Below, in pieces: positions 56,785 through 64,000 of a stretch of 64,000 nt of DNA. Each line of letters starts with the position of its first letter. The stretch's first letter is position 1. The stretch covers positions 75,760-139,759 of the forward strand of contig CAJXYU010000009.1 of NCBI GenBank assembly GCA_913063155.1, read 5' to 3'. Position numbers and translations under genes: made by a program. This DNA is from an uncultured Desulfovibrio sp. (GTDB taxonomy: Bacteria; Desulfobacterota; Desulfovibrionia; Desulfovibrionales; Desulfovibrionaceae). The notes beneath the pieces were generated by a model. The model saw only the letters and a program-made list of their open reading frames with translations. It was not told the origin of the DNA and did no database searches.

Positions 56785-57024
56785 AAGAACTCCAGTCTGA
56801 AAATTTGATTACCAGTCTAATCCAGAAGGCGTCCGATGGGAAGAGGACCGGAATGCTTCCTTGGTGTGCGCCGATAGTTTTCCATTGTTTTGGGAGAGGT
56901 GGATTCCCGCATGACGAGGGGCTTTGGTGAAACGGCCCTGGCTGTTTTCATTTTTCCTTGTCGGGAAGTTTGTTTACTCCAGGATAAGGTAAAGCCACCC
57001 ATTTTTTTGGATGGCTTGTGTGGA

Positions 57025-57059
57025 AACGTTCCCTCCCGGGAGCAGTTGGAGGGAACGTT
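57025..57059 (-). terminator. Perfect 12-bp-stem hairpin 30 nt downstream of dctM (terminator or mRNA stabiliser)
   Basis: aacgttccctcc (57025-57036) pairs with ggagggaacgtt (57048-57059). No clear T-tract. Confidence 0.45.
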
Positions 57060-57089
57060 GTTCATCCCATTGCTGCAAGGAAGCGAGGG

Positions 57090-58364
57090 TCAATGCAGCA
57101 GGCTGGGGAGGAATGTAATGACTGCGGGACAAAGCGTCAGCACCGCCAGGGTGACGAGCAGTGAGATGAGGTAGGGCATGGAGGCCCGCATCACCCGTTC
57201 GAGGGGAACTTTGGTGATTGCACTGGCCACGAAGAGGTCGAGCCCCACCGGAGGCGTAATGCAGCCGATGGCGAGGTTGATGACCATGAGCACGCCGAAG
57301 AACAGGGGATCAATGCCCAGTTTTTGCGCCACGGGCAGGAAGATGGGGGTGAGAATGACCACTGCGGCGGATGCGTTGATGAGGGTTCCGATGCCAAGCA
57401 GGAGGACGTTCATCAACAGCAGGAACACCAGGGGCGAACTGGTCATCGAAACGATGTATTCACCGATGCGGTGAGGAATCTCCAGGTTGGTCAGCATCCA
57501 GCCGAACACCTTTGCAGCGCCGACGATGAACATGATCAGGGTGGTGCCGATGACCGCCTTGAAAATGATTTGCGGGAAATCCTTGAGCTTGAGTTCCTTG
57601 TATATGAACAGGCCCACGAAGATGCCGTAGACCGCCGCCACGGCTGCGGCCTCGGTGGGGGTGAAGATTCCGCCGTAGATACCGCCGATGATGATGACCG
57701 GGGTCATGAGGGCCCAGAAGGAATCCTTGAAGGTCCTGGCGAGCTGGATGAAGGAGAAGTTGCCTTCGGCCGGTATGCCTTCGCGCTTGGCGATGACCCA
57801 GCTCACGGCGCACATGGTCAGGCCCATGAGGATGCCCGGCACCAGGCCGCCCACGAACAGGTCGCCGATGGAAGTGCCTGCGATGACCCCGAAGACTACC
57901 AGGGTGATGGACGGTGGGATGACGATGCCCACGGTGCCGCCTGCTGCCACGATGCCGGTGGCCAGTTCGCGCCGGTAGCCTTTTTTCTCCATCTCATTGA
58001 CCATGGTGGAGCCGATGGCCGCCGTGGTCGCCGCGGAGGAACCGGAAATGGCCGCGAAGAACATGCCGGAAACGGCCACTACCTGGGCCAGCCCGCCGGT
58101 AAAGGAGCCGACCAGGGCCTGGGCGAAGTTGACCAGGCGGGAGGTCACGCCCCCTGCGGACATGAAGGTTCCGGCCAGCATGAAGAAAGGTACGGCCATG
58201 AAGGAGAACGAGTCCACCCCGGAATACATGATCTGAGTGATCATGACCTGAGGCATGTCCAGATATTGGTAAAGAATGATGGACACGGACAGGGCCAGGG
58301 CGAACGCCACGGGGACGCCCACGGCGGTCATGCCCAGGAACGAAAAGAGCAATACAGCTTCCAT
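57090..58364 (-). CDS. dctM: TRAP transporter large permease
   Basis: 424 aa polytopic DctM-family sequence. Confidence 0.9.
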   Translation of the reverse strand: MEAVLLFSFLGMTAVGVPVAFALALSVSIILYQYLDMPQVMITQIMYSGVDSFSFMAVPFFMLAGTFMSAGGVTSRLVNFAQALVGSFTGGLAQVVAVSGMFFAAISGSSAATTAAIGSTMVNEMEKKGYRRELATGIVAAGGTVGIVIPPSITLVVFGVIAGTSIGDLFVGGLVPGILMGLTMCAVSWVIAKREGIPAEGNFSFIQLARTFKDSFWALMTPVIIIGGIYGGIFTPTEAAAVAAVYGIFVGLFIYKELKLKDFPQIIFKAVIGTTLIMFIVGAAKVFGWMLTNLEIPHRIGEYIVSMTSSPLVFLLLMNVLLLGIGTLINASAAVVILTPIFLPVAQKLGIDPLFFGVLMVINLAIGCITPPVGLDLFVASAITKVPLERVMRASMPYLISLLVTLAVLTLCPAVITFLPSLLH

Positions 58365-58374
58365 GCCTTCCTCC

Positions 58375-58899
58375 CTAGCTTTCTTCGCTCACCGCCGGGT
58401 CCAGGACACCGTCGGTTTGGCGGTTGCGGGCCTTGATGGCCTTGATGATCCTGACGGTATCCTTGAACAGGTAAAGCATCATGAGACATGCGCTGACGGG
58501 CATGATGACGTAAACCGCGCTCATGGAGATGCCCAGCCCGGGTGCGGTCTGGAAGGTCATGACAGAGGTCATTTTGGCCCCCTGTACGAGCAGCAGAAGG
58601 ATGAATGCGTAGCTGCACAGGTTGACGAAGATTTCCAGGGCGATGCCGGGGGCGGTTCCTTCCAGCTTCCGGGCGAGCAACTGCACGGAAAGATGGCCGG
58701 ATTCGCCCATGATCAGGGCCGACCCCAGGAAAACGACCCAGACGAACAGGAACCGGGACAGCTCCTCGGACCACTCGAAGGTGTGTCCGAAAAAGTAGCG
58801 CGTGACCACCTGGAGGAAGATCAGGACGAGCATGAGGGTCATGGCCGAGACCGACACCCAGTACAGCGCGCTGCGCAGGCCGTTGAACAGTTTATTCAT
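58375..58899 (-). CDS. dctQ: TRAP transporter small permease
   Basis: Start moved to MNKLFNGLRS. 174 aa, 4 spans, between dctP and dctM. Confidence 0.8.
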   Translation of the reverse strand: MNKLFNGLRSALYWVSVSAMTLMLVLIFLQVVTRYFFGHTFEWSEELSRFLFVWVVFLGSALIMGESGHLSVQLLARKLEGTAPGIALEIFVNLCSYAFILLLLVQGAKMTSVMTFQTAPGLGISMSAVYVIMPVSACLMMLYLFKDTVRIIKAIKARNRQTDGVLDPAVSEES

Positions 58900-58951
58900 G
58901 TTTGTGTCCTCGAAACCGGCGCCCGGCGGGAAATCCGGACGCCGGGAGTGG

Positions 58952-59929
58952 TTACTTTTTGAGGGCTTCGACGGCGTCGATGTTGTCCTGACCCACCACA
59001 TCCGCGAACTTGGCGTACACTGGGCGGGTTGCCTCGGCGAACGGAGCGCGATCCACCTCGATCACTTCGATTTTGCCGGTTGCCTTGATCTTGTCCCAGA
59101 ATTCCTGGTCCTGCCTTGCGGAAAGCTCGCGCTGCCACGCAATGGCTTCAGTTGCGGCTTCCTGAACGATCTGGCGCTGCTTCGGAGTGAGTTTCGCCCA
59201 GGTGAGCATGGATATGACGACCGGCTCCGGGGCATAGGTGTGGGCGGTTTTGGAGGCGTATTTCTGGACTTCGAAGAAACGCTTGGTCCAGATGTGGGCG
59301 CTGGGGTTTTCCTGGCCGTCCACGGTTCCCTGCTGCATGGCGGAGTAAAGTTCGCCGAAAGCCATGGGAGTGGGAGAAGCGCCGAGAGCCTTCATCATTT
59401 CAATGTAGATCTTGTTGGTCATGACCCGGATCTTGAGGCCTTCCATGTCGGCGGGGGTCTTGACCGGGCGGATGTTGTTGGTCACGTGGCGGATGCCGTT
59501 TTCCATGTAGCCGAGCATTTTGATCCCTTTGGGCTCAAGATCCTTGGCGATCTTCATGCCGACGGTGTCCAGGGACTTGTACGCGTGTTCCCTGTCCTGG
59601 AAGAGGAAGGGCAGGTCGAACAGGGATATCTGGGGTTGGAATTGACCGAGCACTGCGGTGCCCACCAGGGCCATGTCCACTGTACCGAAAATCAGTCCTT
59701 CGATGAGGTCCTTTTGCCCGCCGAGCTGGGAGGTGGGGAAGACCTTTACTTCGATTTCTCCGCCCGATTTTTCCTTCACCAGCTTGGCGAAGTGATCTGC
59801 GCCCTGTCCATAGGGATGGATGGGTTCGGCAATGTGGCCGAGTTTGATGACCACCTGTCCTGCGAAGGCCGGGACCGCAAGGGCGACCGTCAGGACGACG
59901 ATGAAGAAGATGGTTGCAAGACGTTTCAT
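58952..59929 (-). CDS. dctP: TRAP transporter substrate-binding protein (DctP family)
   Basis: 325 aa with a signal peptide and DctP-type sequence (IKLGHIAEPIHPYGQGA). Confidence 0.9.
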   Translation of the reverse strand: MKRLATIFFIVVLTVALAVPAFAGQVVIKLGHIAEPIHPYGQGADHFAKLVKEKSGGEIEVKVFPTSQLGGQKDLIEGLIFGTVDMALVGTAVLGQFQPQISLFDLPFLFQDREHAYKSLDTVGMKIAKDLEPKGIKMLGYMENGIRHVTNNIRPVKTPADMEGLKIRVMTNKIYIEMMKALGASPTPMAFGELYSAMQQGTVDGQENPSAHIWTKRFFEVQKYASKTAHTYAPEPVVISMLTWAKLTPKQRQIVQEAATEAIAWQRELSARQDQEFWDKIKATGKIEVIEVDRAPFAEATRPVYAKFADVVGQDNIDAVEALKK

Positions 59930-60161
59930 AGCAGCTCCTCGTTAGTTGAAAATAAAGGTAGGGGAGTCATGAAAGCCCCCCGAGCCTGAAGTTGCTTCTA
60001 CGATGTCTTGGATACACGGTTCCCTTTTAAAAGAATTGTTTGGAACGTATTCGGAAAAATGTGTTTTTAGAACATTTTGTGCATTTTGCTCACGGCGGAG
60101 GGAAGTGCCGGGCGTTGCGAAAGTCGGCGGAAAGCCTGGGCGGGATGGGATGGAGCCGGAA

Positions 60162-60854
60162 TCAGGCCCGGAAATATTTGCGCTCGGGACGGCCCACGCT
60201 GCCGTAGACCACGTCCGCATACACGAAGCTCACCGAAACCAGGTATTCGAGGTAGCGCCGCGCCGTGGACCGGCTTGCCCCGATGCGCGCTCCTGCGTCT
60301 TCCGCGCTCAGTCCCATGGTGCGGGGGGCGTCCTGAAACAGGCCGCGGACCTTGCCGAGGGTCAGGGCGTCGATGCCTTTGGGGAGCGGGGGCGCAGCAG
60401 GCGCTGAGGGGCAAGCCGGTCCCGGTTGTCTGATGCGGTCCACGTCGAGTTGTTCAATCGTGTCGCAGCCGGACAGGCGCGCACGGTACCTGCGGAAGTT
60501 TTCCAGGCAGGCGTTGAAGCGTTCGGTGATGACCGGCTTGATGATGTAGTCGAACACGCCTCCTCGAAGGGCCTGCTTGAGGGGGTCCACCTCACGGGCG
60601 GCCGTGATCAGGATAATGTCGGTTTCCATGTCCCTGGAACGGATGAAGTGCAGCAGGTCCATGCCCGTACCTTCAGGAAAGTAGAGGTCCAGGAGGATCA
60701 GGTCCGGCTCCAGGGCTTCCACCATTTCGTGGGCGTCGTCCAGGCTGGTGGCTATGCCCACCACTTCGCATCCCGTCACCCGTTCCGTGAAGCGGCGGTG
60801 CAGGTCCGCTATCTTGGGGTCGTCCTCGACAATGAGTATTTGTATGGTGCTCAT
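60162..60854 (-). CDS. Response regulator, CitB/DcuR family
   Basis: 230 aa. Receiver domain (ILIVEDDP...DLILLDLYFPEG) plus a C-terminal HTH. ATGA overlap with the kinase gene. Confidence 0.85.
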   Translation of the reverse strand: MSTIQILIVEDDPKIADLHRRFTERVTGCEVVGIATSLDDAHEMVEALEPDLILLDLYFPEGTGMDLLHFIRSRDMETDIILITAAREVDPLKQALRGGVFDYIIKPVITERFNACLENFRRYRARLSGCDTIEQLDVDRIRQPGPACPSAPAAPPLPKGIDALTLGKVRGLFQDAPRTMGLSAEDAGARIGASRSTARRYLEYLVSVSFVYADVVYGSVGRPERKYFRA

Positions 60855-62476
60855 GCTTCTTCCGGTTTGATTTTGGGTATGGTCACGGTAAACAGCGCTC
60901 CGCCCAGACGGCTTTCCAGGACCATGATCTGGCCGCCCATCTTCCTGAGGCGCTCCCGTGCCAGGTAGAGGCCCAGTCCGCGCTGTTCCCGGCCTTTGGT
61001 GGACACCCCGCGTTCGAAGATTTCCTCGCTCTGCTCCGGTGAAACGCCCGGCCCGGAATCCTCCACTTCGAAAACCAGATCGTTGCCGAGATCCGTGAAG
61101 GACAGCTCCACTTTCCTGTTGTCGCCCGACTGGTGCTTGACCGCATCGAATGCGTTGTCCAGCAGGTTGCCGAGGATGGTGACCACGTACTCCTGGTGAA
61201 TCCAGTCCGGCACGTCGGTCAGGCTGCTATGGCTGTCTATCTCCAGGCCTATCTTCAATTCCTTGGCCCGGTTGTACTTGCCGAGCACGATGGCCGCAAT
61301 GACCGGGTGGGGCACAGCCTGGTTCAGGAAGCGGATGATTTCCTCATAGCCCGATGACTCGGTGACCACAAGTTCCAGAGCTTCCTGGTAGGCCTGTATC
61401 TGGATGAGTCCGGCGATGGTATGCAGTTTGTTCGAGTATTCGTGGGTCTGGACCCTGAGCAGTTCCGAGTATTCCTGCACCCGTGAGAGTTCGAAAGCCA
61501 GCCGGTCCAGTTCGTCCTTGCGCCGGAAGCTGGCCACGGCTCCGCGTACCTGCGAGGAGTGAATCAGAGGCACGATGTTGAAGATCAGGTCCCGTCCGTT
61601 GACGGTCAATTCATGGTCGTGTTCGGTTCCGCCGGTCTTGAGGATGCGGGTCAGGCCGGTGCCGGGCATGACCTCCCGGATATTCCTGCCTTCGCTGAGC
61701 ACCTCCGGCTCCAGGCCCGTGTAGCGGTAGGCCGCCTTGTTGGTCAGTCGCACGTCGCCCTTGCGGTCCACGGAAATAATGCCCTCGCGGATGGCTTCAA
61801 GCACCGCACTGCGTTCCAGATACAGGGAGGTGATCTCGGCCGGCTCCAGGCCCAGGGTCATTTTCTTGAGTTTGCCTGAAATGATCAGGGCGCTGGCGAT
61901 CCCCACCAGGATCATTGACACGATGTAGAGCAGGGGCTTGTTCAGGTGGGCCGGTACGGCCTTGCGCACGCTGTCCAGCAGGTAGCCGACGGAAACGAAG
62001 CCGATGATTTCGCGGTCGTGAATGATGGGCACGATGCCGCGCAGGGACGGTCCCAAGGTACCCACGGCCTGGGAAACATAGGATTTGCCTTCCTTGAGGG
62101 CCGGGCCTGTGTCGCCGCCCACGAATCTTTTGCCGATGCGTTCCTTCCTTGGGTGGGAATACCGTATGGCGGCGGTGTCGCCCACCACCACGTAGGACGC
62201 GCCCGTGACCATGCGGATGCTTTCGGCCATCGTCTGTATGCTGCCCGTGGGGTCTTTTGCCAGCAGGGCCGTTCGGATTGACGGCATCAGGGCCACGCTC
62301 TGGGCCGTTTGCAGGGCGCGGCGGCCTATCTGCTGGTGCAGTATGTCCGTGGCCAGGCGGGAAACGGCCAGCCAACTGACCACGGTCTGGATGGCCACCA
62401 GGGCCAGCACCATGTGGATGAGGTAGGATTGGATGGTTTTGGGCTTGATGCGTTCATACAACTTGGCAAGAAACAT
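60851..62476 (-). CDS. Sensor histidine kinase, DcuS/CitA family
   Basis: Start moved to MFLAKLYE (GGAGGTCC RBS). Two TM spans flank a periplasmic domain, followed by PAS, H-box HEYSNKLHTIAGLIQ and HATPase. Confidence 0.85.
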   Translation of the reverse strand: MFLAKLYERIKPKTIQSYLIHMVLALVAIQTVVSWLAVSRLATDILHQQIGRRALQTAQSVALMPSIRTALLAKDPTGSIQTMAESIRMVTGASYVVVGDTAAIRYSHPRKERIGKRFVGGDTGPALKEGKSYVSQAVGTLGPSLRGIVPIIHDREIIGFVSVGYLLDSVRKAVPAHLNKPLLYIVSMILVGIASALIISGKLKKMTLGLEPAEITSLYLERSAVLEAIREGIISVDRKGDVRLTNKAAYRYTGLEPEVLSEGRNIREVMPGTGLTRILKTGGTEHDHELTVNGRDLIFNIVPLIHSSQVRGAVASFRRKDELDRLAFELSRVQEYSELLRVQTHEYSNKLHTIAGLIQIQAYQEALELVVTESSGYEEIIRFLNQAVPHPVIAAIVLGKYNRAKELKIGLEIDSHSSLTDVPDWIHQEYVVTILGNLLDNAFDAVKHQSGDNRKVELSFTDLGNDLVFEVEDSGPGVSPEQSEEIFERGVSTKGREQRGLGLYLARERLRKMGGQIMVLESRLGGALFTVTIPKIKPEEA

Positions 62477-62575
62477 GGATGGACCTCCGGGCAACGGCTC
62501 GCGATTGAATACCGGCCTTCTTGGCAGATTCAAGCGCTCAACGCAACTCGCGGAGGACGTTTTGATGCCCGAGGT

Positions 62576-64000
62576 CTACAATTCGACCTGGACCCCGATT
62601 TCGATGGCCCGTCCCGGCGGGATGCCGAAGTAGAGGGCCGGACTCATGCTGTTGCGGGCCATGAGACGGTACAGGAGTTTCCAGAACCGGTGTTTTGCCG
62701 GGACCACCACGGTTTCCCGCCCGAGGAAAAAAGTGCAGTCCTCGGCGTTGGCCGGAACTCCCAGGGTGCCCAGTTCGGACAGGATGAGCCTGACGTTGGG
62801 AGTTTGGAAGTAGCCGTAGCGGGCGATGACGCGGTATATGTCGTCGCCGATGACTTTGACCACCAGCCTGTTGTTCGTGCTTACCCTCGGTACGGGTTCC
62901 ACAAGACAGGTCAGGAGGATCACGCGTTCCTGCAGTGAGCCGGTCAGGTCCAGGGTGCGCTTCAGGATCGGCGGTGTCTGACGGGGGGAGGCGCTCAGAA
63001 AGACCGCCGTGCCGGGAGTTCGCGCCACATTTTCGGCGGTGAGAAGGGGGCGGATGTCTTCCACGGGCATGCGGTATTGTTCGAGCTTCCGGCCGATGCT
63101 CTCCCGGCCCTTGAGCCACGACACCATGAGCAGGCAGATGCTTCCGGCCACGACCAGGGGAATCCAGCCGCCGCCGTCCAGCTTGGCCAGATTCGCCGTG
63201 AACAGGCTCGCGTCGAAAATCATGAAGAATCCGCACAGCCCCAGGGCGGCCGGTGCATGCCAGCCGCGCACGCGCATCAGGTAGAGGGCGTAGAGGCCCG
63301 TGGTGATGACCATGGTGGTGGTGATGGCGATGCCGTATGCCCCGGCCAGGTTGTCCGAGGTGCGGAAACCCAGCACCAGCAGTACGCAGATGACGCCCAT
63401 GACCCAGTTGGCTTCGGGGCAGTATATCTGTCCCTCGGACTCTTCCGAGGTATGCCGGATATGCATCCTGGGCAGGTAGCCGAGTTGGATGGCCTGGCTG
63501 GTTATGGAGAACACGCCGGAAATGACGGCCTGGGAGGCGATGATGGTGGCGCATGTGGAAAGGGCGACCAGGGGAATCAGCAGCTGGGGCGGCGCCAGCC
63601 CGTAAAAAGGAGACGCCGTGGCCGAGGGGGTGGCGGTCAGCAGGGCCCCCTGTCCGAAATAGTTGATGAGTAGCGCCGGCATTGCAACGCCGTACCATGC
63701 CAGCCGTATGGGCGTTCTGCCGAAGTGGCCCATGTCGGCGTACAGGGCTTCTCCGCCGGTGACGCACAGGACCACCGCCCCGAGCACGATGGTCGATTCC
63801 CACCCGTTGTGCAGAAAGAAGCTGACGCCGTACCAGGGATTGATTGCGGCCAGGATGCCTGGATTGCGGGCGATGGACATTCCCCCCAGCACGGCGAGGG
63901 TGGCGAACCAGACCAGCATGACCGGCCCGAACACGCGGCCGATGCGGTGGGTGCCGTGGTGCTGGACCAGGAACAGCCCGGCCAGCACGGCGCAGGTGAG
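62576..64000 (-). CDS. kup: KUP-family potassium transporter. Partial: the N-terminus lies beyond the right edge.
   Basis: Strongly collinear with E. coli Kup as I remember it (GGEALYADMGHFG, ASQAVISGVFS, GGWIPL, PGTAVF). The frame stays open to position 64000. Confidence 0.9.
   Translation of the reverse strand, partial: LTCAVLAGLFLVQHHGTHRIGRVFGPVMLVWFATLAVLGGMSIARNPGILAAINPWYGVSFFLHNGWESTIVLGAVVLCVTGGEALYADMGHFGRTPIRLAWYGVAMPALLINYFGQGALLTATPSATASPFYGLAPPQLLIPLVALSTCATIIASQAVISGVFSITSQAIQLGYLPRMHIRHTSEESEGQIYCPEANWVMGVICVLLVLGFRTSDNLAGAYGIAITTTMVITTGLYALYLMRVRGWHAPAALGLCGFFMIFDASLFTANLAKLDGGGWIPLVVAGSICLLMVSWLKGRESIGRKLEQYRMPVEDIRPLLTAENVARTPGTAVFLSASPRQTPPILKRTLDLTGSLQERVILLTCLVEPVPRVSTNNRLVVKVIGDDIYRVIARYGYFQTPNVRLILSELGTLGVPANAEDCTFFLGRETVVVPAKHRFWKLLYRLMARNSMSPALYFGIPPGRAIEIGVQVEL

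Noticed and set aside
59930-60161. Search for a sigma54 promoter or obvious DcuR-type site upstream of dctP (CGGCAC...TCCGC, and the repeated CATTTTG).
   Set aside because: The spacing of the sigma54-like match is off by one. The short AT-rich repeats are not distinctive enough to call.
1-64000. Looked for tRNA/rRNA genes, CRISPR arrays, IS elements or transposases, integrases, toxin-antitoxin pairs and long direct or inverted repeats.
   Set aside because: I found none by eye. There is no T-loop GGTTCGAATCC-type motif in the intergenic DNA, no regularly spaced repeats, and no transposase- or integrase-like ORFs. A tRNAscan/ISfinder/minced run would confirm this.

Overview
GC-rich, almost fully coding chromosomal segment. 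Its gene content looks like a Desulfovibrio-type sulfate reducer: tetrahaem cytochrome c3, decahaem cytochrome c next to rnf, W. succinogenes-type frdCAB. All calls rest on the supplied ORF translations, on motifs I recognise from memory, and on reading the intergenic DNA by eye. No searches were run.

Gene order, left to right:
- decahaem cytochrome c + rnfCDGEAB. rnfB runs off the left edge and continues into a GltD-like NAD(P)H/FAD module.
- a minus-strand C4-dicarboxylate gene string: frdCAB, two-subunit class I fumarase, malic enzyme, DASS symporter.
- a 1.2 kb non-coding gap.
- TetR + an MFS-ApbE fusion.
- a polar amino-acid ABC transporter translationally coupled to a DeoC-family gene and cbiC.
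- korDABC.
- TPR protein, FlgO-like lipoprotein, purine nucleoside phosphorylase.
- motAB-type stator + PilZ.
- a carboxylase cluster (accC-like, fused AccA-AccD, tandem biotinyl-domain protein), then ssb.
- S9 peptidase and a LysR remnant.
- hybrid histidine kinase, unknown membrane protein, SWIM/SNF2 helicase.
- family-5 binding protein + rel/spoT.
- cytochrome c3 and a PPC-domain protein.
- a second amino-acid ABC transporter, sdaA, a transaldolase-type gene, an orphan family-3 binding protein.
- TRAP dctPQM with a DcuS/DcuR-type two-component system, then a partial kup.

I saw no rRNA, tRNA, CRISPR, IS or prophage signal, and no self-contained novel system such as a defence island. The region is mostly core energy and carbon metabolism.

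The items most worth follow-up are domain-architecture and active-site oddities:
- the MFS-ApbE fusion
- the RnfB-GltD fusion
- the DeoC-family protein lacking both catalytic lysines
- the tandem biotinyl-domain protein
- a consensus-matching sigma54 promoter in front of cytochrome c3
- the unexplained 1.2 kb non-coding stretch upstream of frdC
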